Positions 1-11,985 of a DNA stretch of 64,000 nt are shown here, piece after piece. Each line of letters starts with the position of its first letter. The first letter of the stretch is position 1. The notes under the pieces were generated by a model, which was not told the DNA's origin, searched no databases, and worked only from the letters and a program-made list of their open reading frames with translations. Both the position numbers and the translations under genes were made by a program. This DNA is from Eledone cirrhosa. Its lineage: Eukaryota. Location of the stretch: assembly GCA_964016885.1 (NCBI GenBank), contig OZ024764.1, positions 1,302,001 through 1,366,000 on the forward strand. Direction: 5' to 3'.

Positions 1-895
1 GACAGATTGTTGTGAAAATTTACAGTATTACAGTAAAGACTTTAATATTTAATGTGATGTAGTCATAGTGTTGTTTTGTACTAAATGTTTATAGTATCTT
101 TACTGGTGGACAGATTGTTGCGAAAATTTACAGTATTACAGTAAAGACTTTAATATTTAATGTGATGTAGTCATAGTGTTGTTTTGTACTAAATGTTTAT
201 AGTATCTTTACTGGTAGACAGATTGTTGTGAAAATTTACAGTATTACAGTAAAGACTTTAATATTTAATGTGATGTAGTCATAGTGTTGTTTTGTACTAA
301 ATGTTTATAGTATCTTTACTGGTAGACAGATTGTTGTGAAAATTTACAGTATTACAGTAAAGACTTTAATATTTAATGTGATGTAGTCATAGTGTTGTTT
401 TGTACTAAATGTTTATAGTATCTTTACTGGTAGACAGATTGTTGTGAAAATTTACAGTATTACAGTAAAGACTTTAATATTTAATGTGATGTAGTCATAG
501 TGTTGTTTTGTACTAAATGTTTATAGTATCTTTACTGGTGGACAGATTGTTGTGAACATTTACAGTATTACAGTAAAGACTTTAATATTTAATGTGATGT
601 AGTCATAGTGTTGTTTTATACTAAATGTTTATAGTATCTTTACTGGTGGACAGATTGTTGTGAACATTTACAGTATTACAGTAAAGACTTTAATATTTAA
701 TGTGATGTAGTCATAGTGTTGTTTTGTACTAAATGTTTATAGTATCTTTACTGGTGGACAGATTGTTGTGAACATTTACAGTATTACAGTAAAGACTTTA
801 ATATTTAATGTGATGTAGTCATAGTGTTGTTTTGTACTAAATGTTTATAGTATCTTTACTGGTGGACAGATTGTTGTGAACATTTACAGTATTAT
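1..895. repeat. 108-bp minisatellite, ~8 copies, continues off the window start
   Basis: GACAGATTGTTGTGAA recurs at 1, 109 ... 541 (5x108+1). Confidence 0.95.
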
Positions 896-1140
896 AATAA
901 ATATTTGTCAAAGATCAATACTACACAGATCGCTCCCTTTAAATACACTAAACATTTTATGGTTATCTGATAGAGGAGTTTCAGATGTTTGTGCAGGAGC
1001 GCAATGTCACTGCTAGCCATAGAGAGCTGTTCTCCCTAGTTACACCGCGGGGTGTGTGTGTGAAAGAAATAGTACTATGTGTTCAACCATCAGTAACACT
1101 TTCTCTCTCTCTCTGTTGCGCTGTATGTCTGTATGTAGAT

Positions 1141-1335
1141 CTATGTCAGGTCGTTCTTTAGCGCTATGGGTCACCGGCGAGCCTGTATCCTGGGCTAGAT
1201 ACCCGATCGCGTGGTTAAACCACTGGGAGTGAAGGACCCCTAGCCTTTGTCAGGGCCTTCTTCAAGCAGAAGGTAACTCAGGAAACTGGGATAACTCCGA
1301 TATAAAACCTGCGGCTCAGTAGTTACAGATGATAT
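1141..1335 (+). mobile_element. RTE-type 5'UTR-like fragment; probably continues at 2961-3070 after nested SINE and CR1 insertions
   Basis: Shares TATGTCAGGTC, CCCTAGCCTTTGTCA and AACTC-GATATAA-ACCTGC blocks with 3186-3460; 2961-3070 resembles 3485-3585. Confidence 0.5.
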
Positions 1336-1339
1336 CATC

Positions 1340-1605
1340 ATTTCATCATCATTTTATTTTACGTCCGCTTTTCCCTGCTTGCAAGGGTGGGACGGGAACT
1401 GATGCTGGCTTGATTTCTACAGCTGGATGCCTTTCCTAACAACAACCTCATTTACAGTGAGTGCTGGGTGCTTTTTTGCCGTGGCACCTCCACGACCACT
1501 TTGCAGTGGAATGATAGGGACCCCAGTCCCTATCATCTCATTTCTACAGTTGAGTAAACTGGAGCAATGTGAAATAAAGTGTCTTGCTCAAGGAAACAAC
1601 ACATC
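1340..1605 (-). mobile_element. SINE family A, 5'-truncated copy with (GAT)n tail
   Basis: Reverse complement of 4650-4900. Confidence 0.85.
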
Positions 1606-1627
1606 ATAATATATATAATAAAAAAAA

Positions 1628-2960
1628 TAATAATGAAATTATTGTGTAAAGTGCTCAGGTGCACTACAACTCGTCAATATAGTACATAGAATAATGCACA
1701 AATGTCAGGGAAGTACATGTGTGTATGTGTTAGCTGTAGTGTTGGCGGATCTCGGGAAGCATGGAGGTTTTAAAGGATGCAGTGTCTTGACAGCTAACAA
1801 CTGATGCAGGTAATTTGTTCCATGGAGGTTTTAAAGGATGCAGTGTCTCGACAGCTAACAACTGATGGAGGTAGTTTAATCCATGGAGGTTTTAAAGGAT
1901 GCAGTGTCTCAACAGCTAACAACTGAAGGAGGTAGTTTGTTCCATGGAGGTTTGAAAGGATGCAGTGTCTCGACAGCTAACAACTGATGCTGGTAGTTTG
2001 TTCCATGGAGGTTGTAAAGGATGCAGTGTCTCGACAGCTAACTGATGCAGGCAGTTTGTTCCATGGAGGTTTTAAAGGATGCAGTGTCTCGACAGCTAAC
2101 AACTGATGCAGGTAGTTTGTTCCATGGAGGTTTGAAAGGATGCAGTGTCTCAACAGCTAACAACTGATGCAGGTAGTTTGTTCCATGGAGGTTTTAAAGG
2201 ATGCAGTGTCTCGACAGCTAACAACTGATGCAGGTAGTTTGTTCCATGGAGGTTTGAAAGGATGCAGTGTCTCAACAGCTAACAACTGATGCAGGTAGTT
2301 TGTTCCATGGAGGTTTTAAAGGATGCAGTGTCTCGACAGCTAACAACTGATGCAGGTAGTTTGTTCCATGGAGGTTTTAAAGGATGCAGTGTCTCGACAG
2401 CTAACAACTGATGCAGGTAGTTTGTTCAATGGAGGTTTTAAAGGATGCAGTGTCTCGACAGCTAACAATTGATGCAGGTAGTTTGTTCCATGGAGGTTTT
2501 CAAGGATGCAGTGTCTCGATAGCTAACAACTGATGCAGGTAGTTTGTTCCATGGAGGTTTTAAAGGATGCAGAGTCTCGACAGCTAACAACTGATGCAGG
2601 TAGTTTGTTCCATGGAGGTTTTAAAGGATGCAGTGTCTCGACAGCTAACAACTGATGCAGGTAGTTTGTTCCATGGAGGTTGTAAAGGATGCAGTGTCTC
2701 GACAGCTAACAACTGATGCAGGTAGTTTGTTCCATGCTTCAGCAACTCTGAGCGTGAAAAAATGTTTCCGAAAGTCATGGAAACTGTGCTGTTTTCTTAC
2801 TTTGTGGGCATGTCCACGTGTGTTAGACACATGGAAATCAAAAAGGTACTTAGGGTTGTTGTTGGCAACATGGTTAACAATTTTGTGGGTGTTTACCAAG
2901 TCGGTTGCCAGGCGTCGGAGCTTCAATGAATCCATGCCCAGGGAAGCAAGGCGCTCAGAG
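1628..2960 (-). mobile_element. CR1/L2-type LINE 3' end with an internal 61-bp tandem array (1761-2735)
   Basis: Minus ORF LKLRRLATDLVNTHKI...TRGHAHK...FRKHFFTLRVAEAWNKLP is a CR1-type RT C-terminus; 3'UTR shared with 21372, 34760 and 63520. Confidence 0.85.
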
Positions 2961-3185
2961 TATCTTTTCTTCTTTTCAGGTTATAGCTACTGTCTCTCAG
3001 AGAGTGGGATTGGCTCAGTGCACAATCTTTCCTCACTTTAAAACATATCTTCACACACAGGCATTGCACAATAGAATTAATTAATAATTATTAATAATGG
3101 TATATCGTGCAATGGCCATACTCGATAACGAGGGGGCAGCCATCATATATTTCTGTGTGTATATGTGTATGTATTTATATATATT

Positions 3186-3790
3186 ATGTCAGGTCACCAC
3201 TTGGTGCTACTGGTAACATGTATCCCAGTACAACCTGTCTCATGGTCGGGTCGTTGGCGACTAAACTGGCAACCCCACCAAGGTTTCTTGGTGAGGAGGG
3301 GGACTCTGGACATCCTGCAGGACTAAAAGCAAAACCTGTCAAAGGGCAAAGGAGCTCTTAAGAGTCAATGGCCATCCAAAATCACCGGGAGAGATGACCC
3401 CTTAGCCTTTGTCAAGGCAGAATTCTTGAAGGAAAACTCTGATATAACACCTGCAACCCTGATGGTATCCAATGATGTTGACTTGTTCTTCTTTTTGGTA
3501 AATATCATCTTGGTTAAGAGAGTGGGACTGGCTTTGTGCAGTGCCTTTGCTCACTATAAAAGCTTCACGACACAGGCATTGCTTTATATTTGGAGATCTC
3601 TCTGCACTTGTCGTCACATGGTACCAAAGGCAAAGCACTATGTGTCAGTAATTGTCACAAGTGTAGTGTTTGTACCAGAGTTTTCAAGTCGCTGGCTGGA
3701 CTAAAAAGTCACACTCGTTCAGCGCATCGGTAGGGGTTCTCCTACATGGATATAAAGTAGTGGCCGTACTCGAAAACGAGTTGGCAGCCA
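3186..3790 (+). mobile_element. Short RTE-derived non-autonomous element (5'UTR-like segment joined to the terminal C2H2 finger and 3'UTR)
   Basis: 3' part translates CHKCSVCTRVFKSLAGLKSHTRSAHR*, like the C-terminal finger of BovB-type RTE proteins, followed by a short 3'UTR and microsatellite. Confidence 0.55.
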
Positions 3791-3797
3791 CCATGTG

Positions 3798-3828
<31 letters not shown>

Positions 3829-4140
3829 ATACATGTATGTATGTATATTTCTGTATGCATACGTGTATGCATGTATGCCATCATCATCATCATTATCACT
3901 GTTTTATGTCCATTCTTCAACGCTAGCATGGGTTAGACGGGTTGTCCTGTTGTGGGCAGTGTCCAGCCGGCTGACCTTGTCTTGCTCATACTCAAACTGA
4001 TTCTGGCTTGATTTCTACAGCTGGATGCCCTTCCTAACACCAACCTCATTTACAGTGAGTGCTGGGTGCTTTTTTTCTGTGGTGCCTGTGTATATATATA
4101 TATATCTGTGTGTATACATGTACGTATGTATGTATATATA

Positions 4141-4470
4141 TGATGGTATCCAATGATGTTGATTTGTTCTTCTTTTTGGTAAATATCATCTTAGTTAAGA
4201 GAGTGGGACTGGCTTTGTGCAGTGCCTTTGCTCACTATAAAAGCTTCACGGCACAGGCATTGCTTTATATCTGGAGATCTCTCTGCACTTGTCGTCACAT
4301 GGTACCATGGGCCCAGCACTATGTGTCAATAATTGTCACAAGTGTAGTGTTTGTACCAGAGTTTTCAAGTCGCTGGCTGGACTAAAAAGTCACACTCGTT
4401 CAGCGCATCGGTAGGGGTTCTCCTATATGGATATAAAGTAGTGGCCGTACTCGAAAACGAGTTGGCAGCC
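4141..4470 (+). repeat. Near-identical duplicate of 3460-3790
   Basis: Direct repeat TGATGGTATCCAATG...GAGTTGGCAGCCA. Confidence 0.9.
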
Positions 4471-4500
4471 ACTATATGTGTGTATATACATGTATGTATG

Positions 4501-4535
<35 letters not shown>

Positions 4536-4573
4536 ATACATGTATGTATGTATGTATATATATATATATATAA

Positions 4574-4905
4574 TGGAGGCACATGGCTTAGTGGTTAGAG
4601 CATTGGCCTTGCAATCGAAAGGTTGTGAGTTCAATTCTCAGACCGGGTGATGTGTTGTTTCCTTGAGCAAGACACTTTATTTCACATTGCTCCAGTTTAC
4701 TCAGCTGTAGAAATGAGATGATAGGGACTGGGGTCCCTATCATTCCACTGCAAAGTAGTCGTGGAGGTGCCACGGCAAAAAAGCACCCAGCACTCACTGT
4801 AAATGAGGTTGGTGTTAGGAAGGGGATCCAGCTGTAGAGATCAAGCCAGAATCAGTTCCCGTCCCACCCTTGCAAGCAGGGAAAAGTGGAAATGAAATGA
4901 AATGA
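4574..4905 (+). mobile_element. Full-length tRNA-headed SINE family A with RTE-derived tail
   Basis: A box TGGCTTAGTGG, B-box-like GAGTTCAATTC, core CCTTGAGCAAGACACTT, tail CCCACCCTTGCAAGCAGG. Confidence 0.85.
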
Positions 4906-4954
4906 AAATATGTACGTATGTATGTATATATATTTCTGTGTGTATACATGTACG

Positions 4955-5005
<51 letters not shown>

Positions 5006-5044
5006 GTATGTATATATATATCTGTGTGTATACATGTACGTATG

Positions 5045-5083
<39 letters not shown>

Positions 5084-5085
<2 letters not shown>

Positions 5086-5314
5086 AATCAGGAAAGAATG
5101 TTTACATGGTTTGCTATACAAAAAAGTTTTTAATCACATAGCTTACATTTGTTTCACTGAACTGGTATGTCTAGAGATCGCTATCCGCTTAATTTTGCGT
5201 CAAAATTAGGCGGATAGCGATCTCTAGACAGACCAGTTCAGTGAAACAAATGTAAGCTATGTGAATAAAAACTTTTTTGTATAGCAAACCATGTAAACCT
5301 TCTTTCCTGATTTA
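5084..5314. repeat. Near-perfect palindrome, ~114-bp arms, 3-nt loop
   Basis: TAAATCAGGAAAG...AATTTTG-CGT-CAAAATT...CTTTCCTGATTTA, next to (TA)n. Confidence 0.95.
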
Positions 5315-5485
5315 TTATTACTCCAAGTGTTTACAACATAGGAATTACAGCATACCCGCAGCATCACTATGAAAACGCCTTGTTGAGTCAAACCAAGCCA
5401 AGCGTTAATATCATCCACTACCTGGAATACCATAACTGGACTTCACCTAAGTAGACTGCATTTAACTTTTATTTGTTAATCCGTA

Positions 5486-5533
<48 letters not shown>

Positions 5534-5603
5534 ATACATGTACATATATATATATGTGTATACACGTACGTATGTATGTATGTATGCAAAGCTTGTTACT
5601 TAC

Positions 5604-5824
5604 CTGAGCCAAAGCAACTCATCGTTGCCGAGAGTGTCCCATACACACGCAGCTAAGCAGAGATCGGTGGCATTGAGGTATGAGAGAACGGCTAAACTTA
5701 ATTCAGGGGGCAGCTCTCTGAGGTCAGGAAAGCCACTGTTGGTCAGTGTTTTTGCTGTGTAGCTGCTGTGTTGACCTACACACTCTCTTTCCAGTTCTTG
5801 CAGACGCCGAAAAACTTGGCCCAT
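5604..5824 (-). CDS. FBXO8: F-box only protein 8-like, first coding exon (F-box); exon spans 5604-5902 including 5'UTR
   Basis: MGQ start and LPPELSLAVLSYLNATDLCLAACVWDTLGNDELLW match the recalled FBXO8 F-box (LPPELSFTILSYLNATDLCLASCVWQDLANDELLW); donor AG|GTAAGT at 5603, acceptor TTTCAG ending 5903. Downstream Sec7-domain exons were not found in the window. Confidence 0.9.
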
Positions 5825-5943
5825 AATGATTACTGGTACTGCTGCTGCTGCTACTACTACTGCTGTTGTTGTTGCTTTAGTTTTGGACTGGTTTCCTAAA
5901 ACCTGAAAGTGTAGTCACTAAATATTTATAAATTCCCACGTAT

Positions 5944-6024
5944 TTATGTATGTATATGAATATATATATCATCATCATGTGTGTGTGTGTGTGTGTTTAT
6001 GAGTGTATATATATATATATATAT

Positions 6025-6111
<87 letters not shown>

Positions 6112-6122
6112 TATATATATAT

Positions 6123-6207
<85 letters not shown>

Positions 6208-6251
6208 TATGAATATATATATCATCATCATATGTGTGTGTGTGTTTATGA

Positions 6252-6310
<59 letters not shown>

Positions 6311-6315
6311 TATAT

Positions 6316-6362
<47 letters not shown>

Positions 6363-6367
6363 TATAT

Positions 6368-6410
<43 letters not shown>

Positions 6411-6560
6411 TATATATATATATATATATCATCATCATATGTGTGTGTGTGTTTATGAGTGTATATATATATATATATATACACATATACATTTATAAAT
6501 ATATACCAAACAATGCTCGCCTCTTCAGCCAGACAGTAGGTTACATAATGACCTAGATTT

Positions 6561-6600
<40 letters not shown>
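5944..6600. repeat. Compound (TA)n/(CA)n microsatellite with local duplications
   Basis: Direct reading. Confidence 0.9.
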
Positions 6601-6601
<1 letters not shown>

Positions 6602-8665
6602 TCATCATCATTTTACGTCTACTTTTACCTGCTTGCAAGGGTGGGATGGGTCCTATTCAGCACAGCATCTCTCCACTTGTCACGGTCCCTCGTCATCTCC
6701 ACCGTGAGCTTCAACAATCTGAGGTCTGTTCTCACCACCTCCGCCCATGTTTTTCGTGGTTTACCTCTACCACGTCTTCCTTCAACTGGCATTTCCTGGC
6801 ACTTCTTCACCCATCGATCATCCTCCATGCGCATCACATGTCCATACCACCTCAGTCTCCTCTTCCGTACACTACATTCTATCCCTCTCAGACACAGTTT
6901 CTCTCTCAACACATCCATGCTGGGTCGTTCACGCACATTGACACTGCACATCCAACGGAGCATGCTTGCCTCATTTCTCTCCAGTTGCTGCCCATGTCTC
7001 ACTACCATGCAGCATCGCGCTCCTCACACAGGCATCATACAACTGGCCTTTCGTACGCAGGGAGAAACCCTTCTTCGTCAGCAGAGGAAGCAGCTCTCTC
7101 AACTTCTTCCAACCCGTCCTTATTCTAGATACTATGGTCTCTGACACCCCCCCCCCCTCCCATGCTAATCTGATTTCCTAGGTACCGGAAGCTATCCACC
7201 ACTTCTATAGCACCCTCCCACATTTGAAAAATGTGTCTATCAATGCGACTTCTACTGTCTAATTTCCCTGTACATCTACTGCATACATATTTCTCCCTAC
7301 CTGTTAGTTTGCCTGCTATCCCACTACATCTCTTGTGTACCCAGGATCTGCATTGTGTGCATTTTATAGAATTTATGCCAGTTCCTTTTCTGCATATCGA
7401 ACATGGCACTAATGGAATCAGAGTTTTGTCCTTTTTTCTACTCATCAACACTTTAGTCTTAGCTAGGTTCACTCTCAGTCCTCTTGCTTCCAACTGCTGT
7501 TTCCATAGCCAGAATTTATTCTCTAGCCCCTCTACTGATTCTGCTATAAGAACCAGATCGTCAGCATAGAGGAGTTCCCATGGACAGCCAGTCTTAAACT
7601 CCTGTTATGGCTTGGAGGACTATAATGAACAAGAGCGGGCTGAGGACCGAACCTTGATGTACTCCTACTTGTATCTGAAATTCCTCACTAAACTCCATTC
7701 CTACCCTGACTTTACTGACAGTACCTCTGTACAAAGTTTGCACTGTCCTCACAAGCCATTCCTCAACACCTAGTTTCCTTAGGGACCACCAGATGACAGA
7801 TCGGGGTACTCTATCAAAGGCCTTCTCTAGGTCAACAAAGGCTAAGTATAATGGCTTATTTTTCTCTAAGAACCTCTCTTGCAATTGTCTCACCAAGAAG
7901 AGGGCATCTGTTGTACTCTTCCCAGGCACAAAACCAAACTGCATCTCATCTAGTTTGACCCTTTCTCTAATTAGTTGTGCTAATATCCTTTCTGCCACTT
8001 TCATAACCTGATCCATCAGTTTTATACCCCTATAATTGCTCCTCTCCAGAGCATCCCCTTTACTTTTGTAGCAATTTATGAGAATACTGCTGCACCAGTC
8101 TTTGGGTATGACACCACCATATATAGCCTGATTGATGATGCATGCAACCAGTTTAGTGCCTACGTCCCCTGATGCCTTCAGCATCAATTCCCGATTGTCC
8201 AGCAGCCTTACCATTTTTCATTTCCTTAATCGCCTATTGGACCCTATATTCGTCAATCTCAATAGCTGGTCCCTCTGTCGGATCTACTAAGGGTAATTTC
8301 TCTCTCCCCCATTCGTTCTCCATATTCATCAGTCTCTCATAATGACATTTCCAGGCCTCCTTTTTCTGATCATTTGTGACACTAAGTACACCGGCATCGT
8401 TCCGGACACATTTATCTCCAACAACATCCTTGCAATGTGGAACACTGCACGCCTCTGATCTACCCGTCGCAGAACATTCGCAAACCTCCTACTCTCAGCC
8501 TCCCTGCGTGCTAAGTACACCTGACATCTAGCTTCTCTCTTAGCGGCTGTATATTCTTACCTACTCCCACCCTTTTTCCAAGCCTTCCATGCTAGTCTTT
8601 TGTCTCTAATGGCCTTATCTACTGTGCTGTTCCACCACCAGGTCACTCTCTGTCTGAGATGGAAT
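6598..8665 (-). mobile_element. 5'-truncated, frameshifted RTE-clade LINE (RT plus C-terminus, (GAT)n tail)
   Basis: NYRGIKL, QFGFVPGKSTTDA, FVDLEKAFDRV, GVHQGSVLSPLLF, LYADD (~7558-7572), Cys-rich CSICRK..CTQC..HKRC segment, RRLRWYGHV..RGRGKPRKTW. Confidence 0.92.
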
Positions 8666-8900
8666 GAGACATACAGGAAGGTGTGGAGAAGAAAGTAGAA
8701 TGAACACTTCATTCTTGCTCTTGTGTTGGCATGCGAACAGAACTGCAGGCACTAATGTTTCTGGGTATCACCCTTGCAGTTCTGTTCGCATGCCAACACA
8801 AGAGCAGGAATATAGTGTTCATTCTACTGACATGGCTATAAAATTGAGGCTTGTTTGCAAAATTGCAAACGAATTGAATGTTATTATTAATATTCAAAAA

Positions 8901-9090
8901 GGGCGGTGGATTGGCAGTATTGGTAGAGGGTCGGACACCATGCTTTGACGTATAGAGTTACGGCCCTTGCCTTTCTGAGTTCAAATCCCGCCAAGGTTAA
9001 CTTTGCCTTTCATCCTTACGGGGTCGATAAAATAAAGTACCAGTAATGCACTGGATAATTGCAGGCCTTGTGCCTAACGTAGAAACAATT
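8901..9090 (+). mobile_element. tRNA-headed SINE family B (Deu/Nin-like central domain) with target-site duplication
   Basis: A box TGGCAGTATTGG, B box GTTCAAATCC, core GCCTTTCATCCTTACGGGGTCGATAAAAT; ATTATTAATATTCAAAAA on both sides (8883-8900, 9088-9105). Confidence 0.88.
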
Positions 9091-9199
9091 ATTAATATTC
9101 AAAAAACTCAGATTACATTTATTGTATTCAGCCATGTAGAGTGAAATTTTCTTTTTTATTTTAATTTGGCAAAGCCGGCCGTTTATCGCTCGTATACAG

Positions 9200-9445
9200 G
9201 AAACTGATTGGCCAGTCTGCTGATATGCAAATCTGGCTGATCAGTGGATCTGCTAATATGCAGATCTGACTGATCAGCCAGTCTGCTGATATGCAAATCT
9301 GGCTGATCAGTAGATCTGCTAATATGCAGATCTGACTGATCAGCCAGTCTGCTGATATGCAAATCTGGCTGATCAGTGGATCTGCTAATATCCAGATCTG
9401 ACTGATCAGCCAGTCTGCTAAAATGCAAATCAGGCCGATCAGTCA
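9200..9445. repeat. 66-bp tandem repeat (two 33-bp subunits)
   Basis: GCCAGTCTGCTGATATGCAAATCTGGCTGATCAGT recurs; 22-aa periodicity in the spurious ORF. Confidence 0.85.
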
Positions 9446-9499
9446 CTGTGTATTTTAGAAAATAGCATATATTTTCACTAGCTCTGACAGTTTGAGCAG

Positions 9500-9565
9500 G
9501 TGAACAGTGAGTTGTACTGATGAAGGGTGATACCCAGAAACATTAGTGTCTGCAGTTCTGTTCAC
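9500..9565 (+). ncRNA. Type I hammerhead ribozyme motif
   Basis: CTGATGA 9517-9523, stem II GGGT/ACCC, GAAA 9537-9540, stem III ACA/TGT, GTC 9548-9550, stem I AGTTGTA/TGCAGTT extended by GTGAACAG/CTGTTCAC; A-A mismatch at the base of stem II. Confidence 0.7.
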
Positions 9566-9699
9566 ATGCCAACACAAGAGCAAGAATGAGGGGCTTATTC
9601 TACTGACATGCTTTAAAATTGAGGCTTGTTTACATAATTACAAACGAATCGAATGTTATTATTAATATTCGAAAAACTCAAATTACATTTATATGTATC

Positions 9700-11500
9700 A
9701 TCATCATCATCATCATTTTACGTCCGCTTCTCCCTGCTTGCAAGGGTGGGACGGGAACTGATTCTGGCTTGATTTCTACAGCTGGATGCCCTTCCTAACA
9801 CCAACCTCATTTACAGTGAGTGCTGGGTGTTTTTTATTGTCAACTACATGACCACATTACAGTGTGGACTGGGAGCCCTTTTACCGTGTCTCCTACACGA
9901 TCACTTTACAGCGTGGACTGGGTGCTATTTGTTGTGACACCTACATGACCACTTTACAGTGTGGGCTGGGTATTTTTGCTGTGATACCTACATGACCACT
10001 TTACAGTGTGGACTGGGTGTTTTTTGTTGTGACCCCTACATGACCACTTTACAGTGTGGATTGGGTACTTTTTGTTGTGACACCTACATGACCACTTTAC
10101 AGTGTGGACTGGGTGTTGTTTGTTGTGACACCTACATGACCACTTTACAGTGTGGAGTGGGTATTTTTGCTGTGACACCTACATGACCACTTTACAGTGT
10201 GGACTGGGTGTTTTTTGTTGTGACCCCTACATGACCACTTTACAGTGTGGGCTGGGTATTTTTGCTGTGACACCTACATGACCACTTTACAGTGTGGACT
10301 GGGTACTTTTTGTTGTGACACCTACATGACCACTTTACAGTGTGGACTGGGTGTTTTTTGTTGTGACCCCTACATGACCACTTTACAGTGTGGACTGGGT
10401 ACTTTTTGTTGTGACACCTACATGACCACTTTACAGTGGACTGGGTACTTTTTGTTGTGACACCTACATGACCACTTTACAGTGTGGACTGGGTACTATT
10501 TGTTGTGACACCTACATGACCACTTTACAGTGTGGACTAGGTACTTTTTGTTGTGACCCCTACATGACCACTTTACAGTGTGGACTGGGTACTTTTTGTT
10601 GACACCTACATGACCACTTTACAGTGTGGACTGGGTGTTGTTTGTTGTGACACCTACATGACCACTTTACAGTGTGGACTGGGTACTTTTTGTTATGTCA
10701 CCTACATGACCACTCTACAGTGTGGACTGGGTACTTTTTGTTGTGTCACCTACATGACCACTTTACAGTGTGGACTGGGTACTTTTTGTTGTGTCACCTA
10801 CATGACCACTATATAGTGTGGACTGGGTACTTTTTGTTGTGACACCTACATGACCACTTTACAGTGTGGACTGGGTACTTTTCGTTGTGAGACCTACATG
10901 ACCACTTTACAGTGTGGACTGGGTACTTTTTGTTGTGTCACCTACATGACCACTTTACAGTGTGGACTGGGTACTTTTTGTTGTGTCACCTACATGACCA
11001 CTTTACAGTGTGGACTGGGTACTTTTTGTTGTGACACCTACATGACCACTTTACAGTGTGGACTGGGTACTTTTTGTTGTGACACCTACATGACCACTTT
11101 ACAGTGTGGACTGGGTGTTGTTTGTTGTGACACCTACATGACCACTTTACAGTGTGGACTGGGTGTTGTTTGTTGTGACACCTACATGACCACTTTACAG
11201 TGTGGACTGGGTGTTTTTTGTTGTGACACCTACATGACCACTTTACAGTGTGGACTGGGTACTTTTTGTTGTGACACCTACATGACCACTTTACAGTGTG
11301 GACTGGGTACTTTTTATTGTGTCACCTACATGACCACTTTACACTGTGGACTGGGTACTTTTTATTGTGTCACCTACATGACCACTTTACAGTGTGGACT
11401 GGGTACTTTTTGTTGTGTCACCTACATGACCACTTTACAGTGTGGACTGGGTACTTTTTGTTGTGACACCTACATGACCACTATATAGTGTGGACTGGGG
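9700..11500 (-). repeat. SINE-A 3' part running into a 48-bp minisatellite (~33 copies)
   Basis: Unit TGACACCTACATGACCACTTTACAGTGTGGACTGGGTACTTTTTGTTG resembles the SINE-A interior. Confidence 0.92.
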
Positions 11501-11519
11501 GCTTCACTAGATGCATACT

Positions 11520-11710
11520 TTGTACTGCCCTCGTGGGAGATGTATGAGAGGGTGGACTTGGGTGTTGATTACTATATACATACTTCAGCTTCGTCCTGTG
11601 CCTGTGGGGAGTCGGGTCATCTGTATCACTGCATAATGCCAGAGATCTCGGTCCTGTGTCACCTCCTTTGAGAGATGCAGAACACAACACAACAGCTCGT
11701 CCAGTGGTCC
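11520..11710 (-). mobile_element. RTE 3'-end fragment
   Basis: LHLSKEVTQDRDLWHYAV peptide, similar to 14420-14900. Confidence 0.6.
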
Positions 11711-11810
11711 AGAAATAGAACCCATGCCAAATGTATGGACCACTGGACCACACACAGGTACCAAAACATAAAACAAAAATTCAGACAAAAAGAGAACATT
11801 AGTTACTTAC

Positions 11811-11871
11811 ATGAGCTAGGTTCTTTCACAGCCAAAAACAATGTCCGTTTAGAACATTCTAGAAGAAATAA
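11811..11871 (-). other. Candidate 5'UTR exon of the FBXO8-like gene (61 nt)
   Basis: Long polypyrimidine tract plus CAG acceptor and GTAAGT donor on the minus strand, in unique sequence. Confidence 0.55.
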
Positions 11872-11985
11872 CTGAAGAAAAAGAAAGAGAAACAAAAAAT
11901 AAATAAACACTTTGGTGAGAATGAATTTAAACACTTTCATTGTCATATCTCTAATGAAAGACACTGTTGGTACTTGGAACATAAC

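Larger units (their letters stand above)
8694..9695 (+). mobile_element. Non-coding element with terminal direct repeats, an inverted 5' tail and a hammerhead (Penelope-derived or retrozyme-like)
   Basis: 8775-9125 (minus SINE) repeats 9551-9695; 8694-8775 is the reverse complement of ~9523-9605. Confidence 0.7.

Noticed and set aside
4574-4645. tRNA genes at SINE heads
   Set aside because: A/B boxes present, but no full cloverleaf and they continue into SINE cores
896-5600. Further FBXO8 coding exons
   Set aside because: No matching peptide with splice sites seen; they probably lie left of the window
5944-6556. Many YI/IY/CV/HT-rich ORFs here and at 17-18 kb and 42-46 kb
   Set aside because: Translations of (TA)n/(CA)n microsatellites
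10850-11488. Cys-rich repeat protein (TTLQCGLGTFCCDTYM)n, also at 23618-24451 and 48654-49268
   Set aside because: Stop-free frame of a 48-bp SINE-derived minisatellite present on both strands; no gene structure
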